A DNA stretch of 64,000 nt from Psammoneis japonica. Lineage: Eukaryota. Each line of letters starts with the position of its first letter. Within the stretch, counting starts at the first letter, position 1. Under the pieces are notes generated by a model. It was not told the DNA's origin and searched no databases. It saw only the letters and a program-made list of their open reading frames with translations. The translations under genes and the position numbers were made by a program. Shown piece after piece: positions 12,786 to 25,582 of the stretch. The stretch covers positions 186,001-250,000 of the forward strand of contig QPGO01000014.1 in NCBI GenBank assembly GCA_008632985.1, given 5' to 3'.

Positions 12786-15414
12786 ATGGACACCAATCAA
12801 AAGATGACCAAGACCATGCCAAGGAAGGAAAGCGAAGGCGAGATGGATGATGCTGCCTTTGACAACGCTGTTCTGCAACCTGAAAAGGCAGTCGATCAAG
12901 ACACCTCCAGACAGGAAGCGCACAGCGACAAGCGCGTCATGGGTTGGAAGAAACACAAAAAACTCATCCCACTGTTGGTCATCGCAGTGGTTGGTGTCGT
13001 CGGAGTCGTCATCGGCGTTGTCGTTGGAGGCAACAGTGGTGGATCCTCTGGCAGTGATCCAACCCCTGCGCCGCCCCCTGTGAAACTTGTTCTTCAAAAC
13101 AAAACACTTGACGACTTGTCAATCACCTCAAATGGAGTGAAGCCCATGAATGGGGGTGCCACTCAGGTTTGGAAACAAACTGCTGCCAAGCACTTTGTGG
13201 AGGCAGCTGAAGCCAGCCTCCCGGGCATTGCCAACGTCACCTCTGTCTACGTCTTTCACGACCAGCACCCAGCTGCTCATTGTCATCATTTGCGCCACTT
13301 GCAGTTGACACCAGAGCTTCAAGTCTTCTTTGACCAGGTTGTCTCCTGCAGAGTCGACTCGTCGTCGAGCCTCATGCCTCGCGACATTGCTTTGTTCCCA
13401 TTCGGTGCAACCCAGCGACGACAGGCATGTCTCGCCACATTGAAAGAGACAAGACTTCCAGCATTCACTGATTTGGCATCGGCGTTGTCCGTGTCCACAT
13501 CTGCGACATCTCCTCCAATGACCCCAGAGCCCACCACACTCCCAACACCCGGAACAACGACCAACTCACCCACGCCTCAACCGACTGTGAGTTCAACACC
13601 TGCTCCCAGCAATGCAACCATTCCACCCACACTCGTTCTGACTCCAGAACCAACATCCGCATCGACACCCAGCAACGCACATCTCTCGGGTCTTTGGTCA
13701 CAGCTTGGTGCAGACATTGTCGGATTTGGCAGTGGAGATCGGTTCGGTGACCCCATTTCCATGTCGGGCGATGGCACCATCTTTGCTGCTGGTGCATGGG
13801 GTGCCAGTCAAGTCCAAGCATTCCAGTGGAACGGAGTGACCTAGGTCTGCCAAGGTGAAGCACTCATTGGGACAGGCGGCCACTTTGGTTGGTCTGTTGC
13901 CCTCTCAACGGACGGCAGCGCCATGGTGGCCAGAGCCAGGTACGGCGACACCCACCATGGACAGAACACTGGATGCGTCCGAGTCTTTTAACCCTGACCC
14001 TAACCCAAGACTGTCAATCTGACAGAAGTTGAAGGCAAATGGCAAGAATTCAAACAATGACTCCTCACTGCTGTCTAAACAGCAGATGAGTCTCCACTCA
14101 AGAGACCATTGCAGGAGCCGAAAGACGTGTGAGTCGGCACAATCGGGCTGCTGTTGTCATTCTTGTGAGCCTTGTGGCTCGAAAGCAAACTACATTGCGC
14201 GCAAACGCGCAGAACTAAAGCACACAAAACTGTGCGCGGCAAACTAAACAGCACGTGACATTTCGCGCGCACCTGAATCCTGTTCAAATCCTGTCACTCC
14301 CCAGTTTGCTTGAGGAGTCACAGAAACAGATTCGACTTCGGATTGACTAAAGAACTTTGGAGTCAAAGCACCAAAACATGAGGAGACAAGAAAGGATCAA
14401 GATCCTAGAGCAACGTTGCATTCTCCAAGTGGGTCATCTTGAGATGAGCTGCGTCTCCCCAGTTGCAGATGCCATTGTGCTTTTCAAAGCTCAAGCTGGT
14501 GGAATGGATCCAGTTGGCTCCAACATGGTCAAACGCTTGTGGGTGTGGACGACTTTGATGATTTTGGTTGGTCTGTTGCCTTGTCGTCCGACGGTGCGGT
14601 GGTGGCGGTCGGCGCCAATGAACCCAGCAATGACGGTCACGGTCATGTGCAAGTCTTTCAGTGGAACGCATCGAATTGGGTGCAGCTTGGCCAAACCCTC
14701 TCAGGGGAGAACGTTGATGATCAGTTTGGTTGGTCTGTCTCCTCCTCGTCTGACGTGAGTGTTCTCGCGGTTGGCGCAAGATTGAGTGACACCAATGGAG
14801 ATCGATCCGGCAGCGTCAAAACATTTCGTCTGAACGAAACATCCAGTTGGGTCCAGTTGGGGCAAACTCTAGTTGGAGAGAACGCGGGCGATGAATTTGG
14901 TGCGTCCATCTCCTTGTTGGCTGGCAGCATCACATTGGCGGTCGGTGCTCCATTCAACAATGACAATGGGGATGACTCCGGCCACGTCCGAGTCTTCCTG
15001 TGGAATGGATCCAGCTGGGACCAACTTGGCCAGACTGTTGTCGGGCAATCCGCAGGTGATGGTTTTGGGCGGTCCGTTTCTTTATCGTCCGATGGAAATG
15101 TGCTGGCTGTGGGCGCGGACTACAACAACGACAGTGGATTTGACTCCGGCCATGTGCGTGTGTTTCAATTCTTTAAAGGGATGTGGGCACAAGTGGCAAG
15201 CACCGTTTCTGGCAAGAGTGGAGATGATCATTTTGGTGGTTCGGTGGCTCTGAGCGCCAACGGCACCATTGTGGCTGTGGGTGCGGATCAGTGGGACAAG
15301 TTTGGAGACCCACCTGGCTGCGCCAGTGTCTGCCAGCTGGACATGCAGCAGAACAAGTTTGATTTAGTTGGCAAAGAAGAGGAGACTCAATTACAAGGCA
15401 GCCAGCAAGCGTGA
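12786..15414 (+). pseudogene. Membrane-anchored FG-GAP-like beta-propeller repeat protein, disrupted
   Basis: TM segment LIPLLVIAVVGVVGVVIGVVVGG, P/T linker and repeated WxQLGQ...GD.FG.SVSLS.DG..LAVGA...G.VRVF units; in-frame TAG at 13842 in a Trp position; insertion at ~13989-14498. Confidence 0.85.
13989..14498. mobile_element. About 510-bp insertion starting with telomere-like (TAACCC) units
   Basis: Interrupts a repeat between VRVF and WNGSSW; starts taaccc-tgaccc-taaccc; no GT-AG boundaries. Confidence 0.55.
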
Positions 15415-15779
15415 ACGACACGACGCTCTGCTGGCAAGGTGTCATCGAGTGGCATCACAGTTCACACATTTTGCATTTACAGGCACCAGTGTGAAAGTGG
15501 CATTCTTGTGCTGATCCTGTTGGTGACACTGATGCGGGTTAGAACGGTGCATTCTTTGGGGTGTCGGGAAATGGCACGAGCAAATCCATTGCCACAGCTA
15601 GACTGGCTGAGACAGTGCCAAATTTGTTGCCGCTTTTTCATCCAATGCAACACCCACCGCAGCTGACAGCTGGCATCAATGACATCTCCCCTCTTTGAGC
15701 CAAAAATCATTGTCTGGCACAAAATCTTTTTCGAAAAATGCCCTGTCATGTCCAAAGGCACGAAGCGGGCATCAATGGC

Positions 15780-16620
15780 ATCTCTCCTCTTCGAGTCAGC
15801 AATCACATTGTCTGGCACAAAATTCATTGCTGGCTCTCATCCCAGCTGCCGCCTCATCAATGGGAATGCCTGCTGGCTGCCTGTGCATGCATTGGCCAAT
15901 CCTGCTGGTGTCAACAACATCCCAGGTCAGCAGCAGCCCGTGACTTTGGAGTGCACTGCAGCAAAAACTGCACAGGCAGCAAACTCATCTCGTTTGGTGC
16001 ACTGAAACCCCGCTGCCATGAGCACTTGTGTGAGCATGGCTGCGCCAGCATCTGTCAGCTGGAGATGATGCAGTGGTGCAAGTTGGGTTTGCTTGACAAA
16101 GAAGCTGAGAAGCAACCCAGCTCCAAGGCAGCCAGCAAGCACAAACAGCATGATGTTCTGCTGGTGAGCTTTCATCCAGCAGCATCACTTTGTGCTCTGA
16201 CTTGTGGGCCCGGTTTGAAAGCAGCAATCTTGCACTGTCCTGTTGGCAACGCTGCTGTGGGTTGGAACAGCGCTTTCTTTTGAGCACTGGGAAATGGTGT
16301 GAGCAAGTCCATCACCACATCTGGGCTGGCTGGGGTGGTGTCAAATTTGTTGCTGCTTTTTCATCACACAGTGCCGCGACCATCATGACAGCTGGCATCA
16401 GTTGCACCTTTCCTCTTTGAGCTGGCAATCACCATCTGGCACAATGTTGTTTGTTGCTGGTTCTCACTCCAGCTGCCACCTCATCAACGAGAGTGCCTGC
16501 CAGCTGCCTGTGCACACATTGACCAACCATGCTGGTGTTGACAACTCCTGGTGAGGTCAGCGGCAGCCTGCGTGACTTTTGAGTGCACTGCAGCAAAAAA
16601 GTGCTGACAGCAGACTTGCC
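15780..16620. repeat. Dispersed about 200-bp repeat (copies at ~15810, ~16430 and ~23865)
   Basis: Shared core tctggcacaa...gctggctctcatcccagctgcc...gtcaacaacat...cagcagcc...gcagcaaaa. Confidence 0.75.
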
Positions 16621-17200
16621 CTCCCATGACCATGAGCACATCTGCCTGGCAACAGGAGAGCCCATCAGCTGGAAGTGCCAACAACCTTGGCTGTTTGCCT
16701 TGTGTCATAGAAGGGGCTGCCACTTCATTGCATTTTGGGGCCACGCTGCCAGAAGGCCTCACACTCCGCCTCTGGCCAATCATGGCACTCAGTCTTTTTG
16801 TTGGCAAACAGGTTTTGTCTGGCACTGGAATGCAGTGCATGGCATGCAGGGCTGTTGTCCTCTTTCAGCTGCTGACATGGAAACCACCACTTTGTTGACT
16901 GTGCCCATGGACTTCCAAGTGTTTGAAGCTGCCTCTCCCAAGCACACAAGCAGTGGTCATTGACATTGTCTACAGCTTGAGCTCACCACAAAAAAAAAAC
17001 AGACCACAAAAAAGCAGCTCTGCTCCTTCAGTGCACTTTCAACATGACAAAGTGCTGCGGAGGTTGTGGACATGGTCAAGTGCACAAAATGCAAGAAGTT
17101 CACTGCCTGTCTCTGTTGTTGGTTGATGCTCTGTGCTTGACAACCTCAGAGGTCAGCACCTCAACAAGTCACAGCCCAAAAAGCAAGCACCTTTGCAACC

Positions 17201-17487
17201 CACCCCAGAAGACACCATGGCCAATGTGTTCTTCATGATGCAGCTTCGTCCTTTCTTGACATGCTGGCATCTGCTCTGAAGAGTCTGGCAGTGATCTCTG
17301 GTGTGGGGTTGTGTGCCCTGTGGCTGCCACATGATGATGAGTGCACCCCAGAAGACACCGTGGCCAATGCATTCTTCATGATGCAGCTTCATCCTTTCTT
17401 GACATGCTGGCATCTGCTCTGAAGAGACTGGCAGTGATCCAGGGTGTGGGGTTGTGTGTGCCCCGTGGCTGCCACATGATGAGTGCA
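17201..17487 (+). repeat. Tandem duplication, about 144-bp unit x2
   Basis: caccccagaagacacc...gtggctgccacatgatgagtgca occurs twice. Confidence 0.9.
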
Positions 17488-17549
17488 GAGCAGGCATGCA
17501 ACAAAGACAAGAGCGCTTGTTCTCTTTCAAGGTGAAAAGATTTTGAAAG

Positions 17550-19300
17550 GGCCAAGTGAAAAAAAACTGTCCCTCTGGGGCAGGGTTCAAGCAACTGAGA
17601 AGTGCCACCCTCCAGCACTTTGTTGTGTCTTGCAGTGCTGATGCTGCACAGTCTTGACTGCTGGAGCTGCTTCCATTGGTGCCATCTTCCATTGCAATGG
17701 CTCTAATGGACCTTCAACCTGCAAGACTTTTCAACTCAAATGGTGCAAATTTTGTGGGCTGGGGCATGCATTGTGCGTGCATCAGCAGCTTCAGAAGCAC
17801 GGCAACCCAAACTGCATTTTCTGCTCATGCACTTCTCTGCTGCAATTGCTGCTCTCTGGGAAGTTGCGTGCTGACACTTTCTGCCACTGCCAAAACTGAA
17901 AACATGCCAAAGCATGGCCGAAGCATGTGAAAACAATTTCCAGAAAACTGGCAGGGCCCTGCTGCAGAGAGAAGAAGATCCATGATGACAGTGTCCATCA
18001 GTCATCTGCAATGACACATGAAGTGAACTGAGTCAAGTTGATTGTGGATGTGAGAACATGACACTCATCATGTTCTTACAATCACCCAGCATCAGTCTGG
18101 TGACAATCCTCCCTTGTGTTGTGCAGTTGATTTGCTTTGTGTGGAATCCCACCCAGGCAGCACCACTCAAGCTTCATCAGTTGATTTTCATGGCATGTCA
18201 CTCATTGCCTTTTGCTGGACACAGCTGCATGGAGCACATGCTCTTCTGACTGAGGACCCCTTGTTGGTGGCATGGTGTGGTCAGAGACACACATGAGGGA
18301 GTTTCTGGGTGTGCTCACTGCACACTGGCCAACAGCATTTCTCATGAAGTGCAAATGCGACTCTCACCTTGTTGAGCTGTGATGAACTGTTCTCAGCAGT
18401 GTTTCTTGATGTTTGGTCTCCTGGTGATGTCCCATGGATCAAGAAGGCAATGCAAAAATGCTCACATGCCCAGATTGCATGACCTCTTTTGCTGAGGCAG
18501 ATTCTTTGTCTTCCATGGTTAATTTGGAATCTGTTGGTCAAGTTGTCATGAGCAATTTTTTCATGGTGTGTGGCATGCCTCAATTGATCATTGTTGAGGC
18601 TGACTTGGTGTTTGCTGGAGTGCTCAAGTGTCTGTTTGAACTGTTGCAAGTGCCCGTCAAACCCGTGTCATGCAAAAATCACTGCGGTGTCTGCAACGAG
18701 TGTTTCCATTGGCATCTGAACAAGATCAAAAGAACCAACTTGGCTGACATGAGTCAGTTGTTGATCCTTTGGAAGTTGGGTGTTCTCTTTGCTGTTCATG
18801 CATGGAATGCATCTCCTGTGTCAACACTGCAGATGTTCCAAGATCGCCAGTGGCTGTTGGGCAAGAGTTTTCCCTTTTCCTTTGGACATTCAAGCCCAGC
18901 CCATTCACGACTTGGCATCAGCACCACAACATGCTCTTGAGCATTTTGAATCAACTGCTCCTTTGCTGTTCAAACAGCACAAGTTGTTGAACACATCAAA
19001 TGATGCATGGCATCACAGGCACACTGAGCTGAAGCAGAGCATGCCATGAGTTCAATCCAGGAGATGTGGTTTGTGTGCACAAACAAGTCAGGTTGGACAG
19101 ATCATGAGGCATTTCTGCCAAGCCACTTTTTTGCACTGAGGGTCCACACAGGGCATTGGAAAAGGTCTCCCCTGTTTCTTGCAAGCTCCAATGGCTGCCT
19201 TTTGTCCATGGGTCAGGTCGTCCCAGATGGTTTTGCAAGGAGAATGATGCACGAATGATGCTGTTGCCATCTGCAATGATTTTTCATTGAAACACCTGAT
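17550..19300 (+). mobile_element. Decayed Ty3/Gypsy-type pol (integrase Zn-finger, rve core, GPY/F region)
   Basis: CAHCTLAN, LDVWSPG, GMPQLIIVEAD, NECFHWHLNK (cf. ERFHRYLNK), FAVHAWNASPV and EGPHRALEK (cf. GPY). Confidence 0.75.
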
Positions 19301-21599
19301 GGCTGACACTGGTGCAGGAGAAGACTTTGCCTTCAAACCCTTGCAAAGCATGTGGTCTGATGAACCTCCAGTTGAGACCAATTTTCCCAATTCTGATTTG
19401 CAAGACAATGCTCAAGATTTGGAAACAGCAGATGACCTGGATGGCAACTTGGATGAAGAGGGCTCTGCCACCAATGTGACCCCTCTTCCTGGTCCAGTGC
19501 CTGGTGCAGTTCATCCAAGCACCAAGCAGTTTTTCATCAAGCTGTGTGAGTCTGCATCCAGCTCAACCACCAAAATGTTCTTTGTCACCTGTCATCCTCA
19601 AGCTCATGTGACTCCTGTGCTCCATGCAGCACAAGCAGACTAGCCTGAGTCCAACATTGTCTCATGCTGCCACTCAAGGCATGTGTCACATGTGTTGGTG
19701 GGCACAGCAGTGCTCTGATTGGAACAAGAGATCATCAGTCAACAGCAGATTTTGGCTGAGTGTGTGTGCAAGCTCTGTGCAGTTGGTTGAGAGCCAGAGC
19801 CTTTCCCAGTTGGACCTCAAAAGGTGGATGAAATTTTGGCAACAAATGACACTCTTGTTTGGCTGTTTGTTCCTTTCCCTGGTTAAACACATTTTGACCC
19901 ACAGACATTTAGTTCAGACACTGATGAAGCAGGGAGCACATCCCTGCCAACAAAACACATGCACAATGCAAAACTTTGAACAGGACCAAAGATTTTGGAA
20001 ATTGTTGCCAAAAGTCACTCTTCCATGGTGTCTGCATGCGTCCCCAGCATGCATGCATCTGTCTGTCACTTTCTTGCACCCTGTTGCCCTGGTCCATTCA
20101 GATGTGTCATCCGGGTTTGTGTGAGGCATGGATCTCTTTGCAGTTGTCCAAACTGCAGGTCCAAAGTCTGTCCTGGGGCTTGCAATGCCATTGGACAAAA
20201 CTGTCACAGTTGAAACTGCTCACATTCATTTGTGATCATTTGAATGGAAGAGTTTTGTCATTTGTTTTGGCATTCTTCACAATTGAAAATTTTGTTTAAA
20301 TGAGGCAATCGCGTGAAACTGCCTGGGTGCGGAAAAAATCAACACAACCAATTTGATGACACGTCATGCCATTTTTCTGCTGAATCGAACCACCACAAAT
20401 GCAAGTTGTTTGTGTCATCCATGTGACCAAAACAAACACAGTCTTCACAAAACATTTGTTTGCATTCAAGCAGGATGCATTGAACATTGTTGCAGGTGTG
20501 GCACTGATGCACTTTCTTTGTCACGCGCTGATGTCACTTTCAACAAACTGCTGTGTTCAATGTTTGCAACACTTGTTCCTCTTGCTGTGATCGTGCACTT
20601 GTTCCTTACACACTGGAGCAATCCCATTGGGGGTTGCTGCAGTCAACACACTTGGCCAATCCAGTTGATCATTGCCATCCTTTTCCACTTTGGCGTGCCA
20701 CAAATGGGCATGACACCCTTCATTGGCAAAATCCAACACATCATCAAATGCATCCATGACATGATCTCACACGCATTCTATGAAGTTCCTGCTGACACAA
20801 GCACGATGAGTGCATTCCACTAAGATCCTGTCACATGGACCCTTCAAACATTCCATGATCCAATCATTGACCACTTCAGGATCTGCCAGAAAGAGCCCCA
20901 CATTCTGACAGGTCCACGTTGCATGGCGGGACTTCGCTTTGACACGGTCTGGCAATTGGGGATGCCACCAACAGTGACTGCACCTGCCGATGTGGAAGGC
21001 AAGAACACCGGCACAAAGGAAGTCATCTTGTGGAAGGTTTTTTCAATGTGTCATGGAAAAGATGACGTTTGGTGCCATTTGCACCCCAAAATTGGTTGAT
21101 GCCCATGGTCAGTGCCCCCCCCCCCCCCCAAAGGGCTTGTTTGGAATTTTGATTTTGGGCACATGCACTCCATGAATGAAAAAGAACAGTTGATGCAAAG
21201 CATTCAAATTTTTATGGGTGTGCGTGGCATGTGGACTCTTGTACAACAAAATGCATGAATGATTTGTGCACACAACAATGTGCAAATGACGGCCAGTGTG
21301 GTTCACCGGGTTGCCATTTCATGGTTTACCATGACTGACCAACTCTCTTGCTGAAATGCCACACGTGTGTCAACATTTGTTGAGTGTGTGTTGAATTTCA
21401 AAGCATTGATTGCATTCATCTCTGTGGTGTGCATTTGTCATGAATTGTCTGCAGTGAACAAAATGGTTGTCTTGCATGGATTTAAAATCCATGCAAAGCT
21501 CCCATGTAGCCAACATCTGTGATGACTGATGAGGTGTGCTTGTCCTCCCAGCACTTGGGCTGCGTCATGACAGTTCAAGTGTTCCAAGTTACATGCCAC

Positions 21600-22310
21600 T
21601 GCAGGCTGGCCATCTTTGCCCAGGACAGTCCATTGGTGGACCACTTCGAATGACACGGTGAACACTCCCAGCATCTTTGTTGATCACACCTGTGGTTTCA
21701 TGTGTCAAGCTTCAAGTTGGTTTCTCCACTGTTGCAGTGGTGTGAGCAAAGCATGCATTTGAACAGATGACAAGTGGTCAGCTTGTTGTCAGCCAGGAGC
21801 ACCTTGCCACCAACATGGCTTTCTCAAGACCAAAACCAATTTGCTCTGCACATTGGGAACACTCAACAGTGTGTTTGCCACTGTGGTGCCAGTGCCCACT
21901 GTCAGAGTGGCATCTCTGAGCACTCCATCCACCAGGTCATTTCCAACATGGCAAAAGAAGCTGCAATCCTTTGCACATCTGTTCATTGGTGCAGAGCAGC
22001 ATTGGCAGCTCATTGCAGCCTGTGTCTGTCAACTGCACCACCTGTGCCATCATGCGCCATTTGCTGCAACACTCTAGTGTCAAATGGGCTTTGTCCTGCC
22101 AATGTCCACACCAGAGGCCCACCATCCCAAGCACGCCATTGTTTGCACAATCTCAGCTGAAGTGGCACCAGACAAGCCCAAGAAGCAACATGGGTCTGCC
22201 AAGGACTGGAGTTGTAAGGGACAAGCCAGGTGTCCACTTTGGCTGGTCTGCCACACTTTTGCACCAGCACCATGGCTGTTGGGGCAAGGTGCAGCAAGAT
22301 GCAAGCAGAG
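21600..22310 (+). mobile_element. Decayed Ty1/Copia-type integrase
   Basis: Frameshifted LCPGQ..VDHFE, SIFVDHTCG, AKHAFEQM and HCGASAHCQSGISEHSI (cf. YCG..AHHQNG.AERSI). Confidence 0.75.
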
Positions 22311-22334
22311 CAAACTCTGGCTGCACCTGTGTCT

Positions 22335-23165
22335 TTTGGTGAGGTGGGTTCAGTTGCCTCCAACATGGTCAAACACATGTGCAAACACATGTCTTTGACA
22401 ATTTGGTTGGTCCCTCACCTTGCTGTTTCATGGTGTGGCATTTGTGATTGGCGCCAATGAGCCTGGCAATGATGGTTGTGGTTGTGTCCCAGAGTCTTTC
22501 AGCAGAGCACATCAAGCTGGGCACAGCTTGGCCAAACCACTTCAGGGAAGAATGTTGATGATCATTTTGGACAGTCTGCTCCCCTCTTTTTTATTGTGAG
22601 TGTTTCTGCCATTGGCACAGAGTCAAGCAATGCTGGTGGAGATGTCGTTCCAGCTGCATGAGAACATTTTGACACTGAACAAGCCATCCAGCTGGGTCCA
22701 GTCAGGGCAAACTCTGGCCACAGGGAATGCAGTTGATGATTTTGGTGCACCCATCATCTCTTGTCAGCTGACAGCATCACATTGGTGGTCTCTTTGGCAT
22801 TCAAGAATGACAATGATGGGGATCACTCTCTGGCCACGTCCAAGTTTTCCAATGGCATGGGCCCAAAAGACAGACTCTTTGTGTTGGGCAACATGCACCA
22901 CACATTGATTTTGAGTGGTCCATTTTCTTGTCTTGTCTTTCAATGGAAATGCACTCCTGGGTGTGGGTGCACCAGACAAGAGCAACAACAGCAGACTTGA
23001 CACCAGCAACATGCATGTGTTTCAATTCTTTGATGGAGCATGAGCTTGCCACTTCTGACAAAAAAAACGATCATGATTTTGGTGGTTTGACAGCTCTTGG
23101 CACTGACAGAAAACTGTTGCAGCTGTGGATGCAGATTGGCAGAGAGATCCACCTGACTGCACACT
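22335..23165 (+). pseudogene. Heavily decayed duplicate of the 3' half of the FG-GAP-like gene (14500-15350)
   Basis: Colinear matches such as ctccaacatggtcaaac, cagcttggccaaacc, gggcaaactct, cagcatcacattgg and ggccacgtcc. Confidence 0.85.
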
Positions 23166-24649
23166 GAACACAAAACCCAAATTCAATTGTTAAGGTGGTG
23201 CTGCACTTCCGCCCTGCAACTCCAGCAATCAAGCCAACCCGCACCCCCAGTGCACTTAAAGTGCGGCAGGGGCATGTGGCAATCAGTGTCAGGTGATGCC
23301 GTGCCAAAGCAACTGGCAACAGTGCAAATGCCTTGTAAACCCAATTGTTTCACCTCATGGATGCTGGATTTAAACATGGGCCTGACAATTGCCAGCCAAT
23401 TTTGAAGCCTGTGAGTGGAATGAGTGAGACAACTCAGCCAAATCAAAAAGTTCTGCTTGATCCTTGGCCAAACAACCGGCAGACCCGGAGCACACAGCCT
23501 TGACCTCTGCCTCCATGTCACAAAACATTGTGCAGCAGAACAAGTTCAACAGCTTCTTCTTTTGCTGTTGGCAAAGAAAAAGCAACACAGATTTGAGGCA
23601 GCTGGCAAGCACGAGTGGTGTGAAATGTTTTGGTGCCAAAAAGGAGTCATTGAGCAATGCTGGTGTGTGTGCTGCACTTGCAGCAAGAGCAAAAATGGCA
23701 GTCTTTTGCTGACCCTCTTTGCAATGCTGCTGCAGCAGGTTGGAGCTGCACCATCTTTTGGTGTCAGGAAATGGCACAAGCAAATCTGTTGCCACAGCCA
23801 AACCAGCTGTGACTGCCACAACACCTGGCGTCAATGACACCTCTCTTCTCCAAGCACCAGCAACCATTTTCTGGCACAACGCTCATTGCAGGCTCTCATC
23901 CCAGTTCCTTCTTTACCCCAGAGAGTGCCTCCTGGTGCTGCTTGCTGTACAAAGCATCATTGGCTGACCCCGCTGTTGTCAACAACATGTCCCAGGTTGG
24001 CAGCAGCCTGTGGCTCTGGATCATGCCACAGCAAAAGCTGCATCAGTGGCGGACTCATCTTCTTTGGTGCACGTAGAAGCCTCATGACTGCACAGACACT
24101 TGCACATGACCAGACACATGGAAACAGATGACAGCTCCCTCCACATGTGGCAGCAAGGCTCTGTTTGGCAGCTGAGCCCACCAGCTGGAGGCATTGATGA
24201 CACCTTGTTTGCCCCTGTCAGAGAAGGGGGACTCCATCATCATCCTGGGGCCATGCCAGCCCTCATGCTCAGCAGGACCCTCAGAAAGGTGGTTTTGGCT
24301 CTTTTCCAGGGAGGAATTTGGTGGGCTGCCACAAAGAGAAGAAGTGTCCTCAACTGGCATCAAGAGAGCCACCTCTTGTTGATGCTCTGCTCCTTGTTCT
24401 TTCTCTCACACAGCTTTGTGTCAGCAACTTCTTCTGTGGCATTCTTTGGCATGCTCAAAGTGTGCTGAAGGAGCAGATCTGGCCTGGGCTCCTTTTGTGG
24501 TGAGCTCAAAGCTGGCAACATCAATGATGATGGCTGGCACTTGTGTGTGTTTGGGCAGAGAATGACTGCTCTGCAAACTCAGAAATCTGGGTGCACAGTC
24601 AGGTGGGTTTCAAGGACAGCAGCTCAAAGCCAGCAACCAAGGTGTGCAG

Positions 24650-25441
24650 CATGTGTTTCATTTCCAGCACCAGACAGAACCCACTTGTCAACACCAACTG
24701 AAAGCACCTTGGACCCAGCAAACTGATGAGCATGCAGCACCTCAACAAAAAATGGCTGAAAAAGCAAGCACCTTTTCAATGGACCCTGGAAGATGCCAGA
24801 GCCAATTTGCTCTTTCCATGTGCAGTGTGTTTTTTCTTGACACTTGCATCTGCTCTCACGGAAGAGAGGAGGTGCAGCGCCAGCTGCTGTGCGCACATTG
24901 CCCACGCTCTGTGCTGGCTGTGTTGTTGTTGTGTTTTGTCTCTCATGGCAGTGTCCATGTGATGCTGTCACATGCCCTGTGACTGCCACATGAGTTCAGA
25001 ACAGGTTTGCAAAAAATGAAGGTGCTTGTTTCCTTTTTCTTTTTTTTTGCATGTGTTTCATTTCCAGCACCAGACAGAACCCACTTGTCAACACCAACTG
25101 AAAGCACCTTGGACCCAGCAAACTGATGAGCACGCAGCACCTCAACAAAAAATGGCTGAAAAAGCAAGCACCTTTTCAATGGACCCTGGAAGATGCCAGA
25201 GCCAATTTGCTCTTTCCATGTGCAGTGTGTCTTTTCTTGACACTTGCATCTGCTCTCACGGAAGAGAGGAGGTGCAGCGCCAGCTGCTGTGCGCACATTC
25301 TTGCCCACGCTCTGTGCTGGCTGTGTTGTTGTTGTGTTTTGTCTCTCATGGCAGTGTCCATGTGATGCTGTCACATGCCCTGTGACTGCCACATGAGTTC
25401 AGAACAGGTTTGCAAAAAATGAAGGTGCTTGTTTCCTTTTT
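24650..25441 (+). repeat. Near-identical 400-bp tandem duplication
   Basis: 24651-~25040 and 25051-~25441 differ at only a few positions. Confidence 0.95.
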
Positions 25442-25557
25442 CAGATGCCACCCCCCCCCTCATTGGGTGCCACCAGCAAACAAATGGAGAGAGATGGGCC
25501 CTGCGCTGCACCGGTAGATGCGGATGGAGTAGAGTAGAACACACACAGGCTAACAGA

Positions 25558-25582
25558 GTGCGTGCGTGCGTGCGTGCGTGCG
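25558..25582. repeat. (GTGC)n microsatellite
   Basis: gtgcgtgcgtgcgtgcgtgcgtgcg. Confidence 0.9.

Larger units (their letters stand above)
1..25500. other. TpA- and CpG-depleted, TpG/CpA-rich hypermutated TE domain 1
   Basis: TA and CG are very rare by eye across most of 1-12200 and 15600-25500 (partial relief at 12230-15600). ORFs are Cys/His/Gln/Trp-rich and almost Tyr-free. Normal TA/CG use returns abruptly near 25510. Confidence 0.9.

Noticed and set aside
1..25500. Hundreds of short Cys/His/Gln/Trp-rich ORFs suggesting metal-binding peptides
   Set aside because: By-product of TG/CA saturation and loss of TAA/TAG stops; they occur in all six frames without coherent motifs.
1..25500. Classical fungal RIP
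   Set aside because: RIP raises TpA and lowers GC; here TpA is lost, and one TIR of a pair is spared.
1..25500. Alternative genetic code or foreign (viral/contaminant) DNA
   Set aside because: Relics contain frameshifts and belong to several eukaryotic TE classes and host-gene copies; duplicates show the change is mutational.
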